From: an uncultured Planctomycetaceae bacterium | GTDB lineage: Bacteria; Planctomycetota; Planctomycetia; Planctomycetales; Planctomycetaceae | Length of the DNA: 64,000 bases | Assembly: GCA_963976765.1 (NCBI GenBank) | Contig: CAXBME010000030.1 | Coordinates: 1-64,000, forward strand | Reading direction: 5' to 3' | Program-made: the position numbers and the translations under genes | In this document: positions 19,047-28,109 of the stretch, in pieces | Position numbering within the stretch: position 1 is the first letter of the stretch | How the letters are laid out: the number at the start of each line of letters is the position of its first letter | The notes under the pieces: model-generated | What the model was told of the DNA's origin: nothing | Databases searched by the model: none | The model's input: the letters and a program-made list of their open reading frames with translations, nothing else

Positions 19047-19655
19047 ATGAGGAATGAAGAAATGGCGTCACGGCAGCACATCAACTGCACGTCTGCAGAT
19101 CTCAAGAAATGTACAACAGCCTTCATCAGGAGAGCGGTCCTGGCGGAGAAAGCAATCCGAGAGAGCTGCGGAAGAGGACGCATCCCACCTGACTGCTGTG
19201 GCGACAACTGGGATGCAGATTTTGAGCGGGCATATCAGTCGATGTCCTCACACATACCGCAGGTAGCGACTCACTTTTATCTTCCTCCTGCCGGAACAGC
19301 ATATTGTTCTCACGTATTCGAGGCGTCCAACCCAGTAGAGGCCTGGATGTTTCTTCTCAACCCTACTGATGAAGCGTTCGGAGAGGTCGGCTTCCTTGAT
19401 TCCCCTCAATACCAGGAGATCAAAGCGAAGGCCCAACGGATTCTGAAATACATCGTGGACCCTCCGCTCGAGTTGACTCTCACAGAAACAGAACAGGATC
19501 TGGTGAGGGTGACAAATGATATTCCTCAAACCGCCCATCAGCTGGCCGACAAGGCGTTGTGCAGTTACGAAGCGGCTCGAAAATACCTCCCGGGTCTCTG
19601 CCGACGGGGCTTCATCATTAAAGCTCCCAAGAACGGTTACTACCGGATCGACTAG
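19047..19655 (+). CDS. Hypothetical protein with probable C-terminal winged HTH
   Basis: TAHQLADKA...ARKYLPGLCRRGFI...GYYR resembles a wHTH; start uncertain. Confidence 0.5.
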   Translation: MRNEEMASRQHINCTSADLKKCTTAFIRRAVLAEKAIRESCGRGRIPPDCCGDNWDADFERAYQSMSSHIPQVATHFYLPPAGTAYCSHVFEASNPVEAWMFLLNPTDEAFGEVGFLDSPQYQEIKAKAQRILKYIVDPPLELTLTETEQDLVRVTNDIPQTAHQLADKALCSYEAARKYLPGLCRRGFIIKAPKNGYYRID

Positions 19656-19811
19656 GCCAGCTGGGATCGGGAACACTTTGGGCACATTCTGTCTACAGCG
19701 TTGCCCTTTGAACTTTGACATACTCCCGCCCATTACTCCCTGTGACGTAACTGGGGGCACACTCAAATCTGCCTAAAACCCTGGCAGTAAACTCCTTCGA
19801 AAGGAACACCA

Positions 19812-20486
19812 ATGTCTTCAACAACAGCTAAGAAACAGAAGAATCGCGACTTCATAGAAGAAGGACGCTCCTTCGCCCAAGACTGGATAGCCGAAACAGA
19901 GCAAAGGACAATCGATGATCTCCTCGTCACCATGAGAGATGTGGACGTCGATTTCGTTCATTGGTCAAACCCACGTGGTTCCTCATGGAACCCTCTCGTT
20001 CCAATGCCTCGACCGACATGCAAGGAAGAGAGGCTGTTTCTTCGCGGCTTCATCAAGGAATTCTGGGAACAGCAATGTGTCAGGCGAGAAGCCATCAAGC
20101 ATCAATCCTATACCAAAGGACTGGAGATCGGAAAAAAATGGAGCACAGAGATCGCTACAGATCAAGAGTTGTCCAATCTCGCTGAGTTCCTGCCAGACAT
20201 GGTTCGAGAATGGGCAAAGCACATAGCTTGTGGGGTAAAGTGCGAATGGACTGTTTCCCACGAATTGCTGGAGTCGATTCTTGGCGGGCAAGATGAAGAA
20301 GATCCCGGTCTACACGACAGTCCTCTCTCTCAGGTTTACTTTGAGTTCTGGAACAAGCTGCTGCCGACGCCCATTACTCAGGACAACTTATTTGAAGTCG
20401 TAACCCCATCGCATCCATTGCAATCAGGAAGCTTCGCTATCGGATTCGCGGACGGAGCCTTCGGGATATCCGATCAACTGACGTGA
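19812..20486 (+). CDS. Hypothetical protein
   Basis: AAAGGA RBS; 224-aa ORF. Confidence 0.6.
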   Translation: MSSTTAKKQKNRDFIEEGRSFAQDWIAETEQRTIDDLLVTMRDVDVDFVHWSNPRGSSWNPLVPMPRPTCKEERLFLRGFIKEFWEQQCVRREAIKHQSYTKGLEIGKKWSTEIATDQELSNLAEFLPDMVREWAKHIACGVKCEWTVSHELLESILGGQDEEDPGLHDSPLSQVYFEFWNKLLPTPITQDNLFEVVTPSHPLQSGSFAIGFADGAFGISDQLT

Positions 20487-20696
20487 TCAGGTCAAATCGA
20501 TCCGGGTAATCAGTCAAAGGTCCGTTCGGCTCCAACAGTGTGAGTCGGCACTCTCGAATAAGCCAGAGATCATGGACACGCATCTTCAAATCATCTCGAT
20601 CGAACAACAACCACCTGATGCAGGGACGGCTCCTGCGTCTCTGGTTGCTGATCGGTTACGCAGCGTTCACCAGAACGCGAAGGAGAGTTGAGACTA

Positions 20697-20915
20697 ATGT
20701 CCAAACCTTCCAATCGAAGACGAAAATGGGGGATCGACCTGACGGTTGAACCCGTGAACGGTGATGCATCCGCACCACCGAGCCATCCCCTGCACAACGT
20801 CAGTCAAGCTGGGCGAGACGATTCCCGCGTTCAGACGCTCGCGAAAGTCCTTGCGAATATCGTCCGAAGAGCAGAAGCTCGTCGTGTGGCGAACGGAGAG
20901 GAGGACGTGAAATGA
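20697..20915 (+). CDS. Small hypothetical protein
   Basis: AAGGAG upstream; ATGA overlap with the excisionase. Confidence 0.5.
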   Translation: MSKPSNRRRKWGIDLTVEPVNGDASAPPSHPLHNVSQAGRDDSRVQTLAKVLANIVRRAEARRVANGEEDVK

Positions 20916-21160
20916 CTGAAGTCACGACTCCATATCCACCATTACTGACCAAGCATCATATGGCTGAACTTCTGGGGAGAACGATTCGAACGATCTATCG
21001 ACTCGAAAGCCAAGGTCGTTTACCAGAGTCCGTCAACATCGGCACGCAACGAGTCTGGGGGCGTGATGAGATCATGCACTGGATCGATAGCGGCTGCCCG
21101 GGTCGCAGGCAATGGGAACGCCTTCATCCGAAATATCGGAAGTCGAAAGGAGGGCGGTAA
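20912..21160 (+). CDS. AlpA-family HTH, putative excisionase/RDF
   Basis: MAELLGRTIRTIYRL...GRLPESVNIG...W...EIMHWI; immediately upstream of the integrase. Confidence 0.8.
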   Translation: MTEVTTPYPPLLTKHHMAELLGRTIRTIYRLESQGRLPESVNIGTQRVWGRDEIMHWIDSGCPGRRQWERLHPKYRKSKGGR

Positions 21161-21162
21161 CG

Positions 21163-22737
21163 ATGAGCAAACCATTCCGTCCTACCATCGTCCGAAACGG
21201 CGTAAAAACTAAAGCGTCGACCTGGTCCATTCGCTACCCGAACGCTGCCTGGAAACGTGTTCAGGAAAACGGCTTCAAGACCTTTGACGAGGCCGCGATC
21301 CGACTTCGTGAAGCGAAGCGGGAAGTCAATGAAGAACGAGCCGGGATTCGCACGTCACGGATCAAGCAGAACGAAAAGCCGCTGGCCGAGCATCTGGAGG
21401 ATTTTCAGCAGTCTCTTGAAGACCGGGAAATCAGTCCGGCCCAGGTCAAACTGGTTGTCGGTCGCCTCCGACGAGCATTTGACGCCATGGGGATACTGCT
21501 CCTGTCTGAGTTGAATGCGAACAGCTTTCAGTCCTATCTGGCGTCGCAACGTAAGCAGGGGCGATCTCAGCAGACCTGTAAACATATTGTTCGGCACGCC
21601 AAGCAGTTCGCCAAGTTTCTGCTCGACGACGAACGGGTTGAGACTGATCCCTTTCAAAAACTGCGACCGCCGAAGGTGAGCGAACGTCGCCATCAACGAC
21701 GGGCACTCACTCCCGATGAATGCACGAAGCTGTTGAAAGCAGCACGGGCATGTTCGCCGATGTACGGCCTGTCGGGGCCGGATCAGGCTGCCTTGTTTCG
21801 GGTGGCACTCCACACCGGATTTCGGGCATCGGAACTGAGTCGGTTAGTGGTGGCCGATCTGCATCTGGATGACGAGCACCCTCACGTTCGTCTGTCTGCC
21901 TCCCAGACAAAAAACAAGGATGCGGCTCGCATTCCGCTCCGAGACCCGGAAGTGGTGCAGTTTCTGAAGAGCTGGATCACTGGGAAATCCCGACAGGCGA
22001 AACTCTGGCCGGGAACTTGGGCGACGAGTCGTGGCGGGGGCAAAATGATCCGGGCGGTATTGGAGGAAGCCGAGATCGCCTATGAGGTCGATGACCGCAA
22101 GGCCGACTTTCACGCTCTGCGGTACACGTTCATCACCAACCTGATCAAGGCAGGCGAACCACCGGCATATGTACAGCGGCTGGCTCGACACTCGGATATC
22201 AACCTGACGTACCGGGTCTACACCGACCTGGGTCTCGAAGACCTGTATCATGGCATGCTGCGAAGTGGTCAGGCATCGACACCATCCGCAAACGAGACTG
22301 AGGATCGCGGTCCACAAGAGCCGGACGATAAACCGCCCGACCAGCCCACGACTGACAAGCGTGGGGCAAAAAGCGTTGCACGGAATGTTGCACACTTTTC
22401 TGTCTCAGAGGGACTTTCGACGTCTTCGGATGTCACAGCGGGTGATGCCCAGCAGGAAGGTACCGAGCCTGAACCCGGAGCATGTGACCAGCCACAAATG
22501 CAGAGAGCGACAGGAGATAACTCATCCTGTCGCTCTGTGTCACAGAAAAATCAAAAGCGGAGAGGGGGAGATTCGAACTCCCGGTGGGTTGCCCCACGCC
22601 GGTTTTCAAGACCGGTGCAATCGGCCACTCTGCCACCTCTCCGAAGGGTGCGTGGTCTACGCGGGCGGATTGTCGAGAATTTTCCGACTACGTCAACCAC
22701 AGCTTCCAGATCGTCATTCTGCCCGTCTGGTTCGTGA
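21163..22737 (+). CDS. Tyrosine recombinase/integrase whose ORF reads through the att region and tRNA
   Basis: TGFRASEL (R), TKN (K), HALR (HxxR) and ARHSD...VYT (H, Y) catalytic residues; GGAGG before ATG 21163. Confidence 0.9.
   Translation: MSKPFRPTIVRNGVKTKASTWSIRYPNAAWKRVQENGFKTFDEAAIRLREAKREVNEERAGIRTSRIKQNEKPLAEHLEDFQQSLEDREISPAQVKLVVGRLRRAFDAMGILLLSELNANSFQSYLASQRKQGRSQQTCKHIVRHAKQFAKFLLDDERVETDPFQKLRPPKVSERRHQRRALTPDECTKLLKAARACSPMYGLSGPDQAALFRVALHTGFRASELSRLVVADLHLDDEHPHVRLSASQTKNKDAARIPLRDPEVVQFLKSWITGKSRQAKLWPGTWATSRGGGKMIRAVLEEAEIAYEVDDRKADFHALRYTFITNLIKAGEPPAYVQRLARHSDINLTYRVYTDLGLEDLYHGMLRSGQASTPSANETEDRGPQEPDDKPPDQPTTDKRGAKSVARNVAHFSVSEGLSTSSDVTAGDAQQEGTEPEPGACDQPQMQRATGDNSSCRSVSQKNQKRRGGDSNSRWVAPRRFSRPVQSATLPPLRRVRGLRGRIVENFPTTSTTASRSSFCPSGS
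22375..22393. repeat. Direct repeat GTTGCAC x2, candidate integrase arm-type sites
   Basis: GTTGCAC at 22375 and 22387, about 170 bp from the tRNA 3' end. Confidence 0.4.
22504..22536. terminator. 12-bp inverted repeat just downstream of the tRNA 3' end
   Basis: AGAGCGACAGGA-N9-TCCTGTCGCTCT. No clear U-tract, so it is either a terminator or an att-associated structure. Confidence 0.45.
22558..22642 (-). tRNA. tRNA-Ser (anticodon TGA), CCA not encoded
   Basis: Reverse complement is GGAGAGGTGGCAGAGTGG...CCGGT-CTTGAAA-ACCGG, long variable arm, GTTCGAATC, CCTCTCCG. Confidence 0.97.
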
Positions 22738-22830
22738 TTCGAATCCACGAATCTGAACTATTTAGCAGGATTCGCGACGACGATAACGGTCGAAAATTCT
22801 CGATTCAGCTTTCAGTACCGCTAAAGGCAG

Positions 22831-24654
22831 TCACAGCCCCGGCTTTGGCATCTTCACCGGAGCCTTCCACGAGACGACGCCGGTGGCTTTGACCTTTCGG
22901 CGGAAGACTTTGTCTTTGCACGTCACATAAAGTGTGTCGAGTTTCGGGTCCCCGAAGCAGACGTTCGACATCCACGAAGTTTCTGGTGGAAAAGACAGAA
23001 TGAAGTGGCAGCGACCGAGCTGGTCGAATACTTGCAGGCCGAGCTTTGTTGTCAGATATCGACGACCGTCTGAATCGACGGTCCAGCCATCAGCTCCGCT
23101 GAAGCTGCTACTGTCTGGAACGTGGACATGCCCATACTTCTGACCGTGCTGAAGCGAGCCATCGGCCGCAATCATGAATGCAAACGTGAAACGGCCTCGC
23201 GTGTCGGAAACGAAAAGCTGCATCTGGTCGGGCGAAACGATGACTCCGTTGGGATAGTTAATCCCCTTCGCGACAACAGTTGACTCCCCGTCTGGAGTAA
23301 ACCGCCGAATTTCCTGACGTTCAGGATCGGTGACGTAGCCCGAGCCATCTTGCAGAATGACGAGGTCGTTGCACATCGTATCGGGAATGACGGTTTCCAT
23401 TTCGCCGATCGGGTTAAAACGAACGACGGCTCGTTTGCCACGATGGCAGCCGTAGAGCATTCCGTCGGGCCCAAACATCAGCCCCCCGATTCCTTCTCCT
23501 GCCTGCGCAAAAACTGAAACGTTTCCGTCGAGCTTCACCTGATGAACGGTTCCGGCTTCGCGATCGGCGAAGAAGACTTCGCCAGCGCCATTTACCGCCG
23601 GACCATCGGCGTATCGATGTCCGGAACTCACCAGTTCCCAATCCTCGCCGGGAATGATCAATTCGGTACGCCGCGTTGGCGGAACCCCGGGCTTGATCGG
23701 CTCCGGGTATTCTCGCCACAGCCATCGCAGCGCATCGGGCAGGATGGCTGTCGAGTGTTTTCCGTTATGCCCGCCTGTGCCCCAGGTGTGAGCAACGTCA
23801 TAACCTGAGAACTTCAGAGCTGACAACATCGCCTGATTCGCAACCCACCAGCTCCCGGCATAGATGTCCAGGTCGTTCGAACCGTCCTGCAGGTAGACTC
23901 TCAGTGGCTTGTTTTCAAACTTGCGGATCAACGACGGATATTCGTCGCCGCCCCGCAACGAAACGTAAGTCCCGACAGCGCTGAAGACTCGCCGGAATTC
24001 ATTGGGGCGTTCCCAGGCGGCGGTGAAAGCGGCGATCGCACCGGAGCTGGTTCCGGCAATCAATCGGTCGTTCGGATCGGTGCTGAGGTTATACGACCTG
24101 GCGACTTCGGGAATGATTTCTTCGAGTAGAAATCTGGCGTATCGATCACCCATGCCGTCGTACTCAAAGCTTCGATTAAATCGCGGCTGAGCATTCCCTC
24201 CAGCAGCCGGAACGACTCCTGGACTGACAAAAATACCGATCTGAACGGGCACGTCGCCTTTGTGAATCAGATTGTCAAGGACCGTCGCCAGCTTCCACTG
24301 CTTCGCCTTTGGCAAACCATCCTGAACGATCATCGAACAGACAGGCTTCGTCGCGTCGTACTGAGCAGGCACGTAGATCGCGAATTCTCGAACCGTACCA
24401 GGAAAGATCTCGCTGCGCCATTCGAAGGGCCCTTTAATCTCACCCCGCGGCACGCCGTCCTGCTGTATCGAATCCGGATGGACCGGATAGTCGTCGGCCG
24501 CGCCGGCTTTGAATGTAGGATGCGCGACGAAGGCGACTGAAAATACGACGATCGAAAGAAGTGTTCGAAGCACGGGCAGTCTCCGGTAATCAGCGGAGGC
24601 CTGAAGAGTCGGTGCAGACCTCAGGCGGGAACAACGAAAAAGGCCGCAATGCAC
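22831..24654 (-). CDS. Esterase (Fes-like) fused to SMP-30/gluconolactonase domain
   Basis: NRSFEYD, GTSSG, DGP, PNG and ADG motifs; true start probably further downstream. Confidence 0.85.
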   Translation of the reverse strand: MHCGLFRCSRLRSAPTLQASADYRRLPVLRTLLSIVVFSVAFVAHPTFKAGAADDYPVHPDSIQQDGVPRGEIKGPFEWRSEIFPGTVREFAIYVPAQYDATKPVCSMIVQDGLPKAKQWKLATVLDNLIHKGDVPVQIGIFVSPGVVPAAGGNAQPRFNRSFEYDGMGDRYARFLLEEIIPEVARSYNLSTDPNDRLIAGTSSGAIAAFTAAWERPNEFRRVFSAVGTYVSLRGGDEYPSLIRKFENKPLRVYLQDGSNDLDIYAGSWWVANQAMLSALKFSGYDVAHTWGTGGHNGKHSTAILPDALRWLWREYPEPIKPGVPPTRRTELIIPGEDWELVSSGHRYADGPAVNGAGEVFFADREAGTVHQVKLDGNVSVFAQAGEGIGGLMFGPDGMLYGCHRGKRAVVRFNPIGEMETVIPDTMCNDLVILQDGSGYVTDPERQEIRRFTPDGESTVVAKGINYPNGVIVSPDQMQLFVSDTRGRFTFAFMIAADGSLQHGQKYGHVHVPDSSSFSGADGWTVDSDGRRYLTTKLGLQVFDQLGRCHFILSFPPETSWMSNVCFGDPKLDTLYVTCKDKVFRRKVKATGVVSWKAPVKMPKPGL

Positions 24655-24744
24655 GCGACGAATAGCTCAAGAGAGAAGATTCATCATCGCAGTCTTTGCG
24701 ACCTTCATTAGTCCCAGATCGAATCCGTTGTGGGCAATAATGGA

Positions 24745-25068
24745 CTACCAGCCGAGCGACATATTCGTCTCGATGGCTCGCTGCGCTTCCTGCAAATCGA
24801 CGCCGGTATCCAGCATGTAAAGTCGGATGGCGTGGACTTTGTCACCAGTCGCTCGGGACAGGCATTCGCGAGCGATATCGCAAGGCTCGGAGTTTCCATC
24901 AATCCCCAGCAACCGCTTGGAAATCACCCAGATGTCCCGCGGGCGCTTGGTGAGTCGCAGAATGTCTTCTTCCGGGTAGTGCGTCTTTGCGATCTCTTCC
25001 GCGTGCTCACGATCGTCGGCCCAGGCAATCATGATGTGTGCGTTGGTCTCAATTTCAAACAGTGCCAT
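24745..25068 (-). CDS. Conserved Planctomycete small protein (DUF6793-like)
   Basis: MALFEIETNAHI...KRPRDIWVISK...GDKVHAIRLYM; GAGGAG RBS. Confidence 0.7.
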   Translation of the reverse strand: MALFEIETNAHIMIAWADDREHAEEIAKTHYPEEDILRLTKRPRDIWVISKRLLGIDGNSEPCDIARECLSRATGDKVHAIRLYMLDTGVDLQEAQRAIETNMSLGW

Positions 25069-25225
25069 GCTCGTGTCTCCTCACGCTTCGGATTCTGGAA
25101 TGGGACGTGACAGCGGTCGAAGTATAGTCTCCGGTTTTCAGGCCATCCACGAGCCTGTCTCAAACGTTGTGAAGTTTCTCAACTCGAAACGCTTCACGGA
25201 TTTCGTTCCAGCGGCCGTTCGATAA

Positions 25226-27817
25226 TCAGTCCACAAACTGAAATTCGTTTGAAAGCAGCAGCGTCTGTGCCAGCATCTCCCACGCGTTCAGCTCGTCAGG
25301 CAGCACTCCGCGAAACTGGCTTGCCATCGAATATCGCTCAGCAGGATTGTCGACACTGGTAATTTCGAAGCTCCAGTTGAACGAGTCAAACGAAACGTTA
25401 CTTCGACAGTCAACGACCAGATCGACGGTCGCTCCGGCAGCCACATGAAATGATTCTGAATCGGTCGCTCTTTCGTCGTGGTGAACCGGCCATCGCATCA
25501 CGATGTTCTGCGACGGGACGTTGAGAATCCCTTCGACACCATCGCCATGTTCGGAAGGATGCTTCAGTCGCCCTTTAACCGCAAAGCGTCCGGCGACAGG
25601 AGCCGTCCAGCGATAAACTGCAGCGTGATTCGGGTCGCCAGGGTGACCGCCGTTGGCGGTCAACGATGCCCAGCCGAGTTGCAGATCCGGCAGCTTCGCC
25701 CCGCCCTGCCACGCTGTGCCCGTAAAGTGAGGCAGGTGCCTGAAATTTTTGACGCGACCAGACTTCGAGTCAAAATTGCCGTATCCATACTGCCAGAGCG
25801 GCACACTTCTGGCATCCCCGTTTTCAGATTGTGCGAGGAATGCCTCGGCCAGTTGAACATCGTCTGGACCTGGATCTCGAGCGAGCGTCTTTCGAAACAG
25901 GTCACGAATCCGGATCGTTGGCGATGTCATTTCATCAAGACTCTTTGCGACTCGCCGAGCTTCATTCAGAAGAAACTGACTGTTACGCAGATAAAGCGTC
26001 TGCTGCGGAACCGACGTGCTGAAACGTCCAGGACTGTGAGTGTCCGGTCCGGCGAAATCGAATGTACGAAACAGGCCAGGAAGATTCTGCCGATCAATGA
26101 ATCCGTAGATCGTGCGACGTCGCGGTGTGGGATCTTTCACAATGTCGACGGCCTCTCCGCCAATCGTCAGATCCAGATCGCCTCCGACCGCCAGGATGGC
26201 ATCCCGCATTGGCTCAAGTTCCAGCCGATGCCGATTCATCTTCCAGTAACGCTGATTCTCTGAATCGATTTTCCGCTTTGCGGGCATGTCGACGCTGGCC
26301 TGTTGCCACGTCGCCGAATTCAACAGCGTCCGATGCAGTGCTTTCAGCGACCAGCCGGATTCGATCAATTGCGAAGCCAGCCAGTCGAGCAGTTCCGGAT
26401 GAGTCGGTGGTTCGCATCGCAAACCAAAGTCACTCGGAGTCGTTACCAGCGACGAATGAAAATGGTGCATCCAGACGCGGTTCACGATGACTCGCGCTGT
26501 CAGCGGGTTTTCTCGATGAGCGATCGCCCGTGCGAGTTCAAGGCGACCACTTCCATTTTCGAACGGCTTGCGATCCGCTCCCGCAACGACTTCCAGAAAC
26601 TGTCTCGGAACCTGCGGACCTCGATTACCCTGCCCACCGCGCAGAAACACGTACGGATTGAACGGCTTGTCGCTTTCGAACAGCGGCATCGCGTCTTTGT
26701 GATCTTTCGGCTCGGTCGAACTCCGCAGCACTCCATACAACGAGTAGTAATCCGCCTGCGGAATGGGATCGTACTTGTGATCGTGGCAGCGGGCACACGT
26801 CACAGTAAGTGCCTGTGTGCCTCGGGTGATCACATCGAGCCGGTCATCAATAATGTCGTGAATGTTGTTGAGGAATCGGCGTCCCAGCGTCAGAAAACCC
26901 ATCGCCGCAAGTTCGCTTTCGGGCAGCCCCTCTTTCACCAGCCAGTCGGCAGCGATCTGCCGAATGAGAAACTGATCGTACGGCAAATCCTCATTCAGAC
27001 TTCGCACCACCCAGTCACGATACGTGTAGGCGAACGGGTATTTGCGCTCTTCCTGGAAAACGTACCCCTTCGTATCAGCATACCGAGCGACGTCCAGCCA
27101 GTGTCGCCCCCAGCGTTCTCCGTAATGAGGAGACGCCAGAAATCGATCGACGAGTTCCTTCCACGCGTCCGGTGACTTGTCATTCGCAAAAGCCTGCGTC
27201 TCTTCGAAGGTCGGTGGCAAACCGAGCAGATCAAACTTCAGCCGGCGAATCAATGTTGCACGGTCAGCCTGCCTGGACGGACTGAGTCCGACTTCGTCGA
27301 GCTTTCTCAAAACGAAACGGTCTACCGGAGTCTTGACCCACGCTTCGTCGTCGACAACTGGCAACTCGGGTCTGGAAACCGGTGCAAACGCCCAGTGACG
27401 CTTTGCTTTAAACGCGGCATCAGGCCCATCGCCGACGGACTTCGGCCAGGCGGCGCCGTTTTCGATCCATGCTCGAAAGTCGGCAACCACATTCGCAGGA
27501 AGTGGATCGTCGGGAGGCATCTGCAGGTCTTCGTTCGCCGGATCAATCGCCATGAGCAGCCAGCTTTCGTCCAGCTTGCCAGGAACGACCCCCGGACCAA
27601 CCTCTCCCCCCTTCAGCAGAGCGTCTCGCGAATCAACGCGAAACCCGCTGCTGGCTTTCTCGCTGCCGTGGCACTTGAAACACTTCTCGACCAGGATCGG
27701 ACGGATCCGAGTCTCAAAGAAATGCTCATCGACCGGTGCCGCGACAGCACGGCTCGCGGCGGCCCAATTCAAGACGAACAGAAGAGCGAAAAAATTCAGA
27801 CGTTTCTGGAGAGACAT
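25226..27817 (-). CDS. Planctomycete cytochrome c / DUF1549 / DUF1553 (PSD1) protein
   Basis: CFKCH, HWAF, YGERWGRHWLDVARYAD, CARCHDHKYDPI and PTHPELLDWLA. Confidence 0.92.
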   Translation of the reverse strand: MSLQKRLNFFALLFVLNWAAASRAVAAPVDEHFFETRIRPILVEKCFKCHGSEKASSGFRVDSRDALLKGGEVGPGVVPGKLDESWLLMAIDPANEDLQMPPDDPLPANVVADFRAWIENGAAWPKSVGDGPDAAFKAKRHWAFAPVSRPELPVVDDEAWVKTPVDRFVLRKLDEVGLSPSRQADRATLIRRLKFDLLGLPPTFEETQAFANDKSPDAWKELVDRFLASPHYGERWGRHWLDVARYADTKGYVFQEERKYPFAYTYRDWVVRSLNEDLPYDQFLIRQIAADWLVKEGLPESELAAMGFLTLGRRFLNNIHDIIDDRLDVITRGTQALTVTCARCHDHKYDPIPQADYYSLYGVLRSSTEPKDHKDAMPLFESDKPFNPYVFLRGGQGNRGPQVPRQFLEVVAGADRKPFENGSGRLELARAIAHRENPLTARVIVNRVWMHHFHSSLVTTPSDFGLRCEPPTHPELLDWLASQLIESGWSLKALHRTLLNSATWQQASVDMPAKRKIDSENQRYWKMNRHRLELEPMRDAILAVGGDLDLTIGGEAVDIVKDPTPRRRTIYGFIDRQNLPGLFRTFDFAGPDTHSPGRFSTSVPQQTLYLRNSQFLLNEARRVAKSLDEMTSPTIRIRDLFRKTLARDPGPDDVQLAEAFLAQSENGDARSVPLWQYGYGNFDSKSGRVKNFRHLPHFTGTAWQGGAKLPDLQLGWASLTANGGHPGDPNHAAVYRWTAPVAGRFAVKGRLKHPSEHGDGVEGILNVPSQNIVMRWPVHHDERATDSESFHVAAGATVDLVVDCRSNVSFDSFNWSFEITSVDNPAERYSMASQFRGVLPDELNAWEMLAQTLLLSNEFQFVD

Positions 27818-27982
27818 GAAACACCGGAGGCTGGATTTTGTGAGGATGAAGCGGAGGGAGAACGGGTTGTTCCTTTCGCGTCAGGCAGTCGATACCTTAC
27901 GCAGCCCGTTCCGCTGCTAATCATGACAAACAGATCCGTTGTCGGGAAGCGGTACCCCGACGAACTGACATGGCAGAAATTC

Positions 27983-28056
27983 AACCACGGAAATACACGG
28001 TATATTACCGAATTCAGAGGAAGTCGCTTCCGAGTTTTTCCGTGCCTTCCGTGGTT
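27983..28056. repeat. REP-like imperfect palindrome
   Basis: AACCACGGAA...CACGG pairs with CCGTG...TTCCGTGGTT; degenerate relative at about 45106-45172. Confidence 0.55.
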
Positions 28057-28109
28057 TAGTCCTCGAATCTTTGTCGACCTGAACTTCTTCATAGCGAGCA
28101 AGCCGTCAA

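Larger units (their letters stand above)
1..22557. mobile_element. Right part of a tRNA-Ser-integrated genomic (defence) island; left end outside window
   Basis: Tyrosine integrase and AlpA-type excisionase abut the tRNA-Ser 3' end. Cargo is defence systems, DUF932, WYL and nucleases. Housekeeping genes resume right after the tRNA. Confidence 0.85.

Noticed and set aside
1..22557. Prophage or self-transmissible ICE
   Set aside because: No capsid, terminase, tail, relaxase or T4SS genes in the visible part; they could lie left of the window.
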